This document shows positions 10,400 through 20,142 of a stretch of DNA of 64,000 nucleotides, in pieces. Source of the stretch: a virus. Position 1 is the stretch's first letter, and every line of letters starts with the position of its first letter. The DNA lies in IMG/VR virus record IMGVR_UViG_3300006341_000010, positions 2,407-66,406 of that record; one strand, 5' to 3'. The notes beneath the pieces were generated by a model, which worked only from the letters and a program-made list of their open reading frames with translations, was not told the DNA's origin and searched no databases. Both the position numbers and the translations under genes were made by a program.

Positions 10400-11938
10400 T
10401 TAGTCTTCCTCCTTAGGCTCCGGTAGGAAATTAAGGAATGAACTTTCTTTATATTCTTTGAATAAGTCTTCGTTAGTTAGCTGTTCCCTAACGGCCTTGA
10501 TGATGTCACTGTTGTCACCTTCAGGGGTGTCAAAGATCATAGGGTCTACTGCTTTAGCTTTAACTAACTTGATTAATGTTTCCATATCCCTAGCTGTGGA
10601 GATCCAAGCATTAGCTTTAATGTAATCTTCATAAGCTTCCTTACCACCACTAACTAAATCATCAGATGTAAACATACCATCTTGTAGTTCAGCATTCCTA
10701 GCATTGAGATATTCTTTCATAAGTCTAGTCTTAAACGCTTGAGCATCTGGGATTGTGTCATCACCCTGAGTCTGGATACCAAAGAATGTATCATTAGCAG
10801 CATTGTCGATTGCCTCAAGTTCTGAAGGATCCCAATCTGCAACCATCTGACCCGGTTGTTTCTTACTATCACCTTCGAACATATAGTCAGCAAGTGTTTC
10901 ATCAGATACAAGCTTAAGAGGTTTCATATTATCAGCTAACTGACCCGGTGTTAATCCCTGTGATAGTTCTGTATTAACAGTGTATGTCCTACCACCTAAG
11001 ACTACATCTAAGTTATCTTTAGCTACATATTGTTCTTGGATAGTCTCTGAACCATCCTCATTAACAGTAACAACAGGATCTAGTTTAGCATAAGGCTTCT
11101 TACCAGTAGGGAACCTAACAACTTTAGTCTCACCAGTATTCTTATCAGTCATGTATAATACATCACTCTCTTTACCTTTACCATCAACAGACTTAGACCA
11201 ATGACTATTGAATTCTTTCTTAGGCTTAGCTATGAATGAATCAAATGTAACACCACCACCTAATGCCTTGCGTTGTTCCATGCCACCTAGAGGTTGTAAG
11301 CTACCATTCTCAGAAGTATCAGAAGCTCCTAAAGGCTCCATAGTCCCTTCAACCTTACCATCCGCTAGGGCTTGTAGTTCTGGACTAGGACCTAAGGTCT
11401 GAGGGGCTTGAGCTGGACGTTCATCTGCCATTGGTACTTCTTGGAACTGAGAGGCTAGTTGTTGTCCATAGATTTCCTCTAATGCTTCCTTCCCTTTCTG
11501 TTCGATTGATTCAGGTTTATCAGAACCACGATAACCATTAACCCAATCTTCTATAGGGCTTGAGGCTTTCTTGATCCCTGAGAACTGAGGCATCTCGAAG
11601 ATAGGTTCTTCCATATCCTTTGGCATCTCCCATCGTGCACCACCTTTAGCTAATAAGGCTACTTCCTCAAACTTCTTACCTGTTAAGATAGAACCTAAGT
11701 GTACCTGACCGGCAGCTGTATTGATATCAGTATTCCCTAGCTGAGCTTTGATTTGTTTATTTCTCTCCCATTGATTATACCGTGCAGCATATTTAGATTT
11801 AGCATTCTCAACCTGTAGTCTATCCTGTAGTTCCTGAACCCTATTGAGTCTTAGCTGCCTACGTCGTTGTTCCTCATTGGAGTATTCTGCTACTCCGGCA
11901 GCACCAGCCAGCAAGGCCCTACCAAAACTTATAGCCAT
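10400..11938 (-). CDS. Internal virion protein
   Basis: 512 aa; N-terminal MAISFGRALLAGAAG followed by coiled coil; position in core module. Confidence 0.6.
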   Translation of the reverse strand: MAISFGRALLAGAAGVAEYSNEEQRRRQLRLNRVQELQDRLQVENAKSKYAARYNQWERNKQIKAQLGNTDINTAAGQVHLGSILTGKKFEEVALLAKGGARWEMPKDMEEPIFEMPQFSGIKKASSPIEDWVNGYRGSDKPESIEQKGKEALEEIYGQQLASQFQEVPMADERPAQAPQTLGPSPELQALADGKVEGTMEPLGASDTSENGSLQPLGGMEQRKALGGGVTFDSFIAKPKKEFNSHWSKSVDGKGKESDVLYMTDKNTGETKVVRFPTGKKPYAKLDPVVTVNEDGSETIQEQYVAKDNLDVVLGGRTYTVNTELSQGLTPGQLADNMKPLKLVSDETLADYMFEGDSKKQPGQMVADWDPSELEAIDNAANDTFFGIQTQGDDTIPDAQAFKTRLMKEYLNARNAELQDGMFTSDDLVSGGKEAYEDYIKANAWISTARDMETLIKLVKAKAVDPMIFDTPEGDNSDIIKAVREQLTNEDLFKEYKESSFLNFLPEPKEED

Positions 11939-11939
11939 A

Positions 11940-12455
11940 TTATTCTCCTTGTGTTAGTTTATCAATCAGGGATTTAGATATGCCCTTAGGGGCTTTGATG
12001 TCTTTAATGTCTGGAGCTTTATCTCCCTCCCCAATCCTTTCACCATCTTGATTAAGCAATTCAACTTCTTCATCTTCATCAAGGTCGAAAGATTCTTCAG
12101 GGTATAATACTAAACCCTCAACCCCTGCCATCTGAGCTATCCCTATAAGTAAGTATATAGTTGGCTCGATCGCTAGGAGCTGTAGGTCTGTAGTGATTTT
12201 ACCTTGAGAGAATGCAGTAAATAAGATTACCTGTGCTACATCTTCCACAGGGATCCCTTTCCTTAGGGGATCTAAGATACCATCTAGGTTATCTTCACTA
12301 GTTAAATTCATAAACATGTCATCAATAAATGATTTAACATCTGTATATTCAGGTGCTGTCTCATATGGTGCAGGGTTCTCGGGATCACTAGTTAAAGATT
12401 CTCCCGGGATTGGTGCATCAAACATGTTCTTCATCCTTGCTTCATCTGGACCCAT
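11940..12455 (-). CDS. Conserved podovirus core-module protein
   Basis: 171 aa, FDAPIPGESLT...PYETAPEY motif, acidic. Confidence 0.55.
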   Translation of the reverse strand: MGPDEARMKNMFDAPIPGESLTSDPENPAPYETAPEYTDVKSFIDDMFMNLTSEDNLDGILDPLRKGIPVEDVAQVILFTAFSQGKITTDLQLLAIEPTIYLLIGIAQMAGVEGLVLYPEESFDLDEDEEVELLNQDGERIGEGDKAPDIKDIKAPKGISKSLIDKLTQGE

Positions 12456-13375
12456 TAGTATCTACCTCCAAAACCTCGTTGCATTCTCATTGATTGTTCT
12501 TGAATCTGTTTCCTCATTGCATCAGATAGGAACTCACCACCACCTGAACCAATACCACCTTGACCTTGAGCACCTACAGTACCAAAGAGACCCATGCCTC
12601 CGCCAGATGTTATAGGTTGATAACCTGTCTGACCACCAGAGAAATCAGTCTGGAGTAAAGCACTACCTACATCAGCAACCTTAGATAACAAACTACCTCC
12701 TGCTACAGAACCAGCCATTGTCTCAGCACCTACATTAGTAGCAGATTGTAAAGCTACCTGTGTAGTCCCTGTGCTTGATAAGCCTTGCATGGTTTGACTA
12801 CCGCCCATAGGGACACCCATTGATTGTCCAGCAACTGGAGTAGCATCCATGAAACCTGTAGGAGCTTGAGAGAATTGAGTTACCGCAGAAGCAGCAGCAT
12901 CTTTAAGAGCCATCTGAGTTGCAGCGTTAGCAGCCTCAGTCATTGCAGCACTACCAGCTTGACCGGTGAATGCATTAGAGAATCCTTGAACTAAAGAATC
13001 CCCTGCGGCCTTAAAGGAACCAGAGGCAATATTACCAATAGCCTCTGAGATACCTGAGGTCATTGAGCCTATAGTCCCTGATACAAAGTTACCTGCATTA
13101 TATACAGCAGAACCTACTGAACCCCAGAAACCTCCGGCAGCCGCAGACGCAGCCCCGAAGGATTGCCACAGGGTAGCAGCGTAGGGCGCTAGGACTGAGA
13201 GGCCTATCATTCCTAAGGGGCCTAGCTTGTCTGAGATCTTAGCTACTGCCCCTAAAGCTTTCTTCCCTACCTTCTTAACAGCCTTCCATGATTTAGATGC
13301 TAACTTCTTAACACCTTTAGCTGCTTTCTTAACTGTCTTCTTGATTCCCTTCCATGCTTTTGATAAGAGTCCCAT
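12455..13375 (-). CDS. Internal virion/ejection protein (G/A-rich, cationic amphipathic N-terminus)
   Basis: 306 aa; MGLLSKAWKGIKKTVKKAAKGVKK then Gly/Ala-rich hydrophobic segment. Confidence 0.65.
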   Translation of the reverse strand: MGLLSKAWKGIKKTVKKAAKGVKKLASKSWKAVKKVGKKALGAVAKISDKLGPLGMIGLSVLAPYAATLWQSFGAASAAAGGFWGSVGSAVYNAGNFVSGTIGSMTSGISEAIGNIASGSFKAAGDSLVQGFSNAFTGQAGSAAMTEAANAATQMALKDAAASAVTQFSQAPTGFMDATPVAGQSMGVPMGGSQTMQGLSSTGTTQVALQSATNVGAETMAGSVAGGSLLSKVADVGSALLQTDFSGGQTGYQPITSGGGMGLFGTVGAQGQGGIGSGGGEFLSDAMRKQIQEQSMRMQRGFGGRY

Positions 13376-13378
13376 ATA

Positions 13379-15685
13379 TTAATCTCCCCAATTATCAAAG
13401 ATACTAGCAGCAGCTTTAGCAAGAGATGTGATGTTACTAGCTGTCTGTGCATCTGTCATTGATTCATTACCTAGGGCAGCAATAGCCATCCTAGTCTTTC
13501 TTTCTTCCTCATTCTCACTAGCTTCAAAAGCCCACTTAGCTTTATCCCTATTCTCCTGCCACATGAATGTTAATGCTTGATTAGATAAGTTAAAGGCATT
13601 CATTGCATTGGCTTGGTTAATAGCATTCTCACCAGCAGTATTAGCTTGGTTCATCTGTCTCCTCCAGTTAACATTCGATTGTTCAATAGCCGTAGCATTC
13701 TGAACGTTGAACTGTTCCCTGTTGAAATCCATTTGAGAATTAAACTGTGATACTTGCATCTCCATCTGAGCATTGAACTTAGCAGTGTCAGCAGCTAGTT
13801 GCATATTAGCAATAGACATCTGTTGATCTAACTGAGCTTGACTAGTCTGTAATTGAGCTTGTGTTTGCTGATTAGCCATGCCAGCTTGTAGATCTAACTG
13901 AGCCTGAGCCTGAGCTTGTTGTGCAGATAATGAAGCACCTTGCATAGAGACTTCAGTTTCTAATTGAGCTTGTTGACTAAAGGCCTGTTGTTCTAATTGA
14001 GCTCTAGTAGCAGCCTGTTTGTTCTGCTCTGCTGTATTGAACTGAGCCATTGAGTTAGCTTGTTGAGCATTGAACTTATCCATCTCAGCTTTAAGGTTAG
14101 CGTTGAATTGATCAGCTTGTTGTTGAGAGGCAGCATTGAATTGTTTAGCAGCATTCTCAGCAGCTTGATTAGATAAAATAGTTTGTTGTCTATTCTGACT
14201 ATCAAGTAAGTTAGCTTGTTGTTCAGCGGATAAGTTAGCTAAGTCCATCTGTAAGAAGTTCCTAGCATTCTCTATCTGAGCTTGTTGTTGTCTATCAGCA
14301 TTAGCCATATCCATAGCAGCGACTGTAGCAGCATTAGATAAAGCAGTTTGTTGTTGGTTACTTAAGTTCTGAGCTGTTAATGACTGGAAGAACTGAGCGT
14401 TAGCTAAGGTAGCTTGCTGTTCATTTGATATGTCTTGTTGGAATACAGCTAGCTTAGCCTTAGCGTCCTGTTGGGCTATAGGCATTGCAGAGTTAATAAT
14501 AGCATTGAACATAGCTTGCTTACCTACAGAACTTGTAGATAATCCTCGGCTAGCCATCATTGCTTCTGCTTGAGCTACCGCAGGCTGTGCCCATGTAGGT
14601 ACATTGCCTTCCTCAAGATCTCCAAGTAAACTATCTAGTTGTCCTTTAACTGTAGCAGAGTTAGGGACCTCATGGGTCTTAGCTTCTACAAGGGCTTTAG
14701 GGTCTACTTGATCTAGTTCTTGGATAGCAGCCTTAGCTAGAGCATCATCACTTAATTCACCTGTTACAGCATCTACTAACTTAGTTACTGAACCTGATGC
14801 AACCTTAGTAGCAGCAGCCTGAGCAGCTAGAGCAGCTTCATACCTAGCCGCAGTAGTAGGAGACACAGAACCTGTAGCAGCTAACTCAGCTTGCCTTGCA
14901 GCTTCTAATTCAGCTACTTGTACACTAGCAGCAGTAGCTTCTTGGAATGGTTGTATAGTAGAAGCAGTTACATTATCAACACTTCCTATAGAACCTGAAG
15001 ATCCTTGTTGTGAACCTACAGCAGCAGGGGCTGTTACTTGTTGACCTCCACTCATCTGCCTGATGGTTTGTTCTTCGCCCTCTTGCATCTCAATAGGTTT
15101 GTATGTTTGCTTAGCGGCATCAGGGATTGTAGGGTCTGTAATCTGATTCCCGATCATAGTCCTTAATGCCTCGTCTGATGTATCTACATTCTCTGCTACT
15201 GGGGTAGTAGGCATTGGACCTACTCCATCATTCAATCCTACCCTGTCCCTTAAGTCTGTCCCTGAGTTACTCTCTGCTGGATGCCAGATCTCTTGACCTC
15301 TTGAGTAACCAGCAAACTCCCTACCATCAGGGCCTATATCGCCTGAGGCCCATCTACCATTCTCACCTGATCCTCGTCCCGGTAAATCTACTTCTTCCCT
15401 AGTAATTTGTTTCATAGGATCAGCACCACCAATGCTTGTAGTCCTCATCATTTCTTGACTAGAAGGTAATGCTGTTGTCTTATATAATTTATCTTCACCA
15501 ATATTAACAGTCCCTGTGCCTTTTACGGGATCTGACCTAAGTGCCCTATCTCGCATAGTAGGAGTTACTAACCCCTCATCAGCAGCTGACAGTTCAGTAG
15601 GCCGCTGTACTCCTACCTTTGAAGGGTCTAAAGTAACCCTTGTATTCATTTGCTCCTTATCGAGCGTTGATTCTTTAAGTGCCAT
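13379..15685 (-). CDS. Q/A/N-rich DNA ejection (pilot/tube) protein
   Basis: 768 aa; QFNA-type 11-residue repeats in the C-terminal half. Confidence 0.65.
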   Translation of the reverse strand: MALKESTLDKEQMNTRVTLDPSKVGVQRPTELSAADEGLVTPTMRDRALRSDPVKGTGTVNIGEDKLYKTTALPSSQEMMRTTSIGGADPMKQITREEVDLPGRGSGENGRWASGDIGPDGREFAGYSRGQEIWHPAESNSGTDLRDRVGLNDGVGPMPTTPVAENVDTSDEALRTMIGNQITDPTIPDAAKQTYKPIEMQEGEEQTIRQMSGGQQVTAPAAVGSQQGSSGSIGSVDNVTASTIQPFQEATAASVQVAELEAARQAELAATGSVSPTTAARYEAALAAQAAATKVASGSVTKLVDAVTGELSDDALAKAAIQELDQVDPKALVEAKTHEVPNSATVKGQLDSLLGDLEEGNVPTWAQPAVAQAEAMMASRGLSTSSVGKQAMFNAIINSAMPIAQQDAKAKLAVFQQDISNEQQATLANAQFFQSLTAQNLSNQQQTALSNAATVAAMDMANADRQQQAQIENARNFLQMDLANLSAEQQANLLDSQNRQQTILSNQAAENAAKQFNAASQQQADQFNANLKAEMDKFNAQQANSMAQFNTAEQNKQAATRAQLEQQAFSQQAQLETEVSMQGASLSAQQAQAQAQLDLQAGMANQQTQAQLQTSQAQLDQQMSIANMQLAADTAKFNAQMEMQVSQFNSQMDFNREQFNVQNATAIEQSNVNWRRQMNQANTAGENAINQANAMNAFNLSNQALTFMWQENRDKAKWAFEASENEEERKTRMAIAALGNESMTDAQTASNITSLAKAAASIFDNWGD

Positions 15686-15763
15686 TATTTCTCCTTATTG
15701 TAAAGTCCCTAGATAAACGGGAAGGTATAGCTGGATGTGCTAGGCCTCTAGGTATAGCTATAG

Positions 15764-16000
15764 TCATTCTCCATTAAATCTATCCCATTCGATTGAGTTA
15801 TAACAATGGTCTTTATCAAACCAGAATAGGGTGTTTATAATTTTCTCTAATGAGATCCAATACCACTTCTGGGTCAGGAGGGCTTTAGCGCCCACCCTCC
15901 CAGAGATCGTATGGTCTTCATTACCATTGAAGATCAACACATTAAAGAATTGATCAATAGCTATCAGTAGCCTAAGTACGTAGGATTTCCGGGACTTCAC
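15764..16000 (-). CDS. Conserved small phage protein of tail-fibre modules
   Basis: LLIAIDQFFNV...NGNEDHTISGRVG...DKDHC motif. Confidence 0.65.
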   Translation of the reverse strand: MKSRKSYVLRLLIAIDQFFNVLIFNGNEDHTISGRVGAKALLTQKWYWISLEKIINTLFWFDKDHCYNSIEWDRFNGE

Positions 16001-16385
16001 TGTCTACTCCATCCGCCAAGGCTTTAGTTACTGCTTCTGCTGAAAGAACCCCTTGGTCCTTAAGGCCTTCAAGTCCTAGTACTAAATCCTCATCATCTAA
16101 GTCAATGTACTCCGAGTCAGCAATTGTTTCTAACTGGGCTTGTACTAAGCTAGATTGTTTAGCTAGTTCAATAAGAGCAGCTCGATTAGCTAGGCCAATC
16201 CGTTTCCAGAAGGCACCTTTAGTAATCTTCCTTATTACTTCAGGTACTGAAAGATCTTCATCAACCTTAGACTGATAACCTTTGATCTCATATACATCCT
16301 TTGATAGTTCCTTTAGGACCCACTGGTGTTTAGTTTCATCAAAGCCTTGTTCAATCCAATAATCTTTATCACCTATTAATTTCAT
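15972..16385 (-). CDS. Tail fibre assembly/chaperone-like protein
   Basis: 137 aa; ITKGAFWKR...YIDLDDEDLVLGL; follows tail fibre. Confidence 0.5.
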   Translation of the reverse strand: MKLIGDKDYWIEQGFDETKHQWVLKELSKDVYEIKGYQSKVDEDLSVPEVIRKITKGAFWKRIGLANRAALIELAKQSSLVQAQLETIADSEYIDLDDEDLVLGLEGLKDQGVLSAEAVTKALADGVDSEVPEILRT

Positions 16386-16398
16386 TTAAATCTCCTTG

Positions 16399-16782
16399 TT
16401 ACATAATTAAAGTATATTTAGATCTATTCCCGCCTACACCTGAGCCTACATTGTTACATGTTACCCTTAATGAGGTTTCAAAGGGAATCTGAAGACCGTA
16501 CTTAACCTGAGAACCTTCGTTTTCTATAACACCAAAGGCTCTCTGTAAATGATATACAGTGCCTGTCATAGTGACACCATCACACGTTATTGTTACGTTA
16601 TAAGTATAATTATTATTATTAACAATCATACCAAAGAGTCCTTTACCTGCAACATTAACAAGGTCCCCAGTAGTTGAGAAAGATTCATTATTAGTAACAG
16701 TTCGGGTTCCTGCTTCTAGTAGGTCTGATAGGTATGTAGCGCCTCCAGATCCTAAGAATTTATCTACGTTTATAATTGCCAT
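16399..16782 (-). CDS. Tail-fibre associated protein
   Basis: 127 aa beta-rich, AAGGAGG SD. Confidence 0.5.
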   Translation of the reverse strand: MAIINVDKFLGSGGATYLSDLLEAGTRTVTNNESFSTTGDLVNVAGKGLFGMIVNNNNYTYNVTITCDGVTMTGTVYHLQRAFGVIENEGSQVKYGLQIPFETSLRVTCNNVGSGVGGNRSKYTLIM

Positions 16783-16794
16783 ATTTATTCCTCC

Positions 16795-19683
16795 TTATGA
16801 GAATGAGACCATGCAAGATACCTGATCATAGAAGTAGATCCTAACAATACCCGGCTTGGTTAGTAATAATTGATCACCAATTCCATAGTGTGTGCCATCA
16901 GGTACATACATGCTTCCTCCTATTGAATTCTCAATTAGTAAGCCTGTGCTAGGGTTATGACTTGAAATAGTAATAACATCACCTGTTGTAAACCCTGGCT
17001 GTAGTTTGATGGTATCACCAGCAGCACTCCATATCTGTAAGTCAGGATCAGTACCGCTATTTGCCCTACTTACTAGCCAATCACTGCCATTACCATGACG
17101 ATAGCTTACAGCTTTCTGAGAAGTCTTAGCCCTCATCCAATTAGCTACAGATGCTTTATCAGCAGTGGCTCGATTATAGTTATCAGAAGCTGCCTCATTC
17201 CTAAACATAATAGCAGCAGTGTCACCTATAAATGCATCGTTAGGATAAGAAGATCTAATTAGCCGACAACTTAAATCACCCTGCCCATCCCTCAAGGGCA
17301 CAGTGTCATTAGTACCATAGTAACTTGTAGTATAACCATTAAGTAAACTAGAGTCAGCAGCTTTTTCAGTTTTCCCTAACTTACTATCATTAAGAGTCTT
17401 ACCTGCTCCTGCTGATAGGGCTTGAGTGGAGCTACTGGTCGTTAGGTTATCAACTACATCACTCTGTAAGAGATACTTATCCTCTAAGCTTACTTCATTC
17501 TCTTTAAGCTCCTTAGCACTCAAGTAGTTCTTAGTGACCCTAACTACTTCTACTGGAATTACGTTAGCGTCCTTAACAGCGTCAGTTGTTTCAGCAGTGA
17601 AGTACATAAGATGTACAGGATTTAGGCCTTCGTTAGTAACAGTACTAATGAAAGCACCTCTGCCATCTTCTGTTGCTTTCCAAGCAGTACCATCATAATA
17701 TGCACCTAATGCTTTAATCAAAGTACCAGTACCATCAAGGATCCACTCAGACGCTCTACCATTATCAAGGAAGTAACCGTCATCGAAGTGTGCTAGGTTC
17801 TTACCGCCTACAGTTAACCTAGGGATTGAAGTTCCCGGAGGTGGTGGGTTAACAGATGAATAAACTTCTGAGGCAGCTACACCACCTACAGCTTGAGCAT
17901 CATTAGATGTAATAGGCCATGTACCACCAAAGTTAGTAGAGTCTACCTGTAGCTGTAAAGAGCTATCGGAAACATGCCAACCAATGTGGATCTTATTGCT
18001 TCCTTGGTTAGTACCACCACCTTGCTCGATTGGTTGATAACCTAAGCGGCTTACGATGTTTGTATAGTAGCTAGGCAGTTGACCGTCTAAACGATCAGAG
18101 TCATATGCGGTATCAGTATTAGATATAGCATCAGTGATACCATAACCAGCTAAGGTATAAGGTTTACCTGTGACTTCTGACCAGTCACTCCTAGGCATTT
18201 CAATCCAGTCAGCATTCTTCCTAACGTAAATCAAATCATCCTGAGGGTTCTCAGGGACATAACCTGCACCTACGGAAGGTAAGTTAGCAAGCTTAGCTAG
18301 GTTAGTGTCATCAACAAAATTAATGTTCGATGTTGAGTTTACTGTATTGATTAGCTCTGGGCCTGAAGCCTTGAAGTCCGCATAGCCTTTAGCAGCTTGT
18401 TGTGTTACTAGTAATCTATCAGAGTCAGCAGCCATAGATCTATCGTTAGATACTACAGAACCTTTAACACCAAGGTTATCAATCTCTAATAAGTTACCTG
18501 ATTCTTGGTCACCAATCTTAGGTATTAAAGCACCACCTGCTAAAGTACCGTCATGGTTGTGACCTGTTGATTCATGGAAAGCTCGGGCTAGCTGATCGAA
18601 CTCTAGGTTACCGTGATCCGCTAGGATTACATCACCATCCATGAAGGAAGCTTGTCTTGTATAACCTTCCACTTCTCCACTACCTCCTATAATTAAGTTA
18701 ACGTTGTAAGGTTGTATCTTAGCGCTAACGTGTGTTGTTTCAATTAAGTTGAAATCAGTAAATGTTATAGTAGCATCATAACTAGTACCTCTGCCAACAA
18801 CCGTTTGGACAAAAGATCCTAGGTTAGGGTTAGCTACTAAGTAAGGTGAATCTGATTTAACTTGGAAGTTCTTCTGGTCTTTAGCTACAAATAGGTCATC
18901 TTCATTAGTGATCTCTATGTCTTCAGCAGCTGAGTCAGTAGCATTGCCACTATTAGAAGTAACCAAAGCGTCAACATACTCAAAACCATTTGATGTTTGT
19001 TTAAATTTAGTTAAAGATATATTGTTTTCTATCTCAGCCCTACAACCACCAAAGACTTTAATACCACTAAATCCATCTCTCTCAGAACTAGCATCATACA
19101 CTATGTTGTTCTTGACTTTAACATTAGGGAGACTGTGAGGAGGTAAGTTGTTATATACTTTAATCCCTTCCCTTGCAGCCCCGTAGCATACGTTAGCTTC
19201 AATGTTAATATCAACTGTTTCTTCATGAGTTATGATGTCAATGTTAGAAGCACCTACCCACTCAGTATCGGACTCATTGCCGATAGATTCAAAGAAGTTC
19301 TCGTGGATATCTATATCTAAGTTTAAGATGTTATCAGTTAGACGTGGACCTTCACCCTTATGTCTAAAGATGAATCCTGTAAGCTCTATAGGTTTCTTAT
19401 TGCTAGGTGATTGACCTGAAGCTATAGAGAATACAATTGATTCATCAGACTGGAAGGTTAAGGTAGTAATTGCTTGTTGGTCATATACCCCATTGAATGC
19501 ATTGTCCGCTTGGATCCTTAGGCCGTTAGGCCATTGACCAACAATGTTTAATCTCTGAGTGAATGCCTCACTATCTTTTACGATAGCTACAGCGGTACTA
19601 CCTAAGTCTACATCCCTGACAGCATCTATCCATAACTGTAGGCTACCATAGGTATTACCATTGTTAGGACAATATACAGCCAT
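16795..19683 (-). CDS. Tail fibre
   Basis: 962 aa mosaic: beta-helix N-terminus, GYTRQAS...GHNHDGT anchor motif, WSEVTGKPYTLAGYGITDA, DSDRLDG and VVDNLTT...ALSA fibre repeats. Confidence 0.8.
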   Translation of the reverse strand: MAVYCPNNGNTYGSLQLWIDAVRDVDLGSTAVAIVKDSEAFTQRLNIVGQWPNGLRIQADNAFNGVYDQQAITTLTFQSDESIVFSIASGQSPSNKKPIELTGFIFRHKGEGPRLTDNILNLDIDIHENFFESIGNESDTEWVGASNIDIITHEETVDINIEANVCYGAAREGIKVYNNLPPHSLPNVKVKNNIVYDASSERDGFSGIKVFGGCRAEIENNISLTKFKQTSNGFEYVDALVTSNSGNATDSAAEDIEITNEDDLFVAKDQKNFQVKSDSPYLVANPNLGSFVQTVVGRGTSYDATITFTDFNLIETTHVSAKIQPYNVNLIIGGSGEVEGYTRQASFMDGDVILADHGNLEFDQLARAFHESTGHNHDGTLAGGALIPKIGDQESGNLLEIDNLGVKGSVVSNDRSMAADSDRLLVTQQAAKGYADFKASGPELINTVNSTSNINFVDDTNLAKLANLPSVGAGYVPENPQDDLIYVRKNADWIEMPRSDWSEVTGKPYTLAGYGITDAISNTDTAYDSDRLDGQLPSYYTNIVSRLGYQPIEQGGGTNQGSNKIHIGWHVSDSSLQLQVDSTNFGGTWPITSNDAQAVGGVAASEVYSSVNPPPPGTSIPRLTVGGKNLAHFDDGYFLDNGRASEWILDGTGTLIKALGAYYDGTAWKATEDGRGAFISTVTNEGLNPVHLMYFTAETTDAVKDANVIPVEVVRVTKNYLSAKELKENEVSLEDKYLLQSDVVDNLTTSSSTQALSAGAGKTLNDSKLGKTEKAADSSLLNGYTTSYYGTNDTVPLRDGQGDLSCRLIRSSYPNDAFIGDTAAIMFRNEAASDNYNRATADKASVANWMRAKTSQKAVSYRHGNGSDWLVSRANSGTDPDLQIWSAAGDTIKLQPGFTTGDVITISSHNPSTGLLIENSIGGSMYVPDGTHYGIGDQLLLTKPGIVRIYFYDQVSCMVSFS

Positions 19684-19694
19684 TGATTACCTCC

Positions 19695-20141
19695 TTAGAA
19701 TGCTAGGTCGTAAATACCAGCTACGTTGAATGATACAGTGATATCACCCGCACGTAAAGATAAAGGTTGACCTCCAGACTTAAGGTCGATAAAACCAATA
19801 GCCCTGCCTGATGTAGCATTTATGATAACAGCTGTTGCAATATCCTGAGGACCATTAGCATCTACTGCCCACGTTACATCTGTTAAGTCTAGGACTGCTC
19901 GGTTGTTAGGGCTGATTGAGTGGACCCAACTAGCAGCAGACACTTTACCTCCTGCTGTGTAACCTGAACCTGACACTTCGTTAGCAGAGATAACATTATC
20001 ACTTAAGTCTGTAGCGTCCCTACTTGGTGTATTAGTAATTAACTTAACCCTAATCTCATCAGACTCAAAGTTATGCTTACCAGTCCCTAGGTCCTGAGGG
20101 TGTCTATAAAAAATATTAACTGGTGAATTAATAATTGCCAT
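19695..20141 (-). CDS. Virion structural protein
   Basis: 148 aa; ANEVSGSGYTAGG motif common in phage structural modules. Confidence 0.6.
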   Translation of the reverse strand: MAIINSPVNIFYRHPQDLGTGKHNFESDEIRVKLITNTPSRDATDLSDNVISANEVSGSGYTAGGKVSAASWVHSISPNNRAVLDLTDVTWAVDANGPQDIATAVIINATSGRAIGFIDLKSGGQPLSLRAGDITVSFNVAGIYDLAF

Positions 20142-20142
20142 A

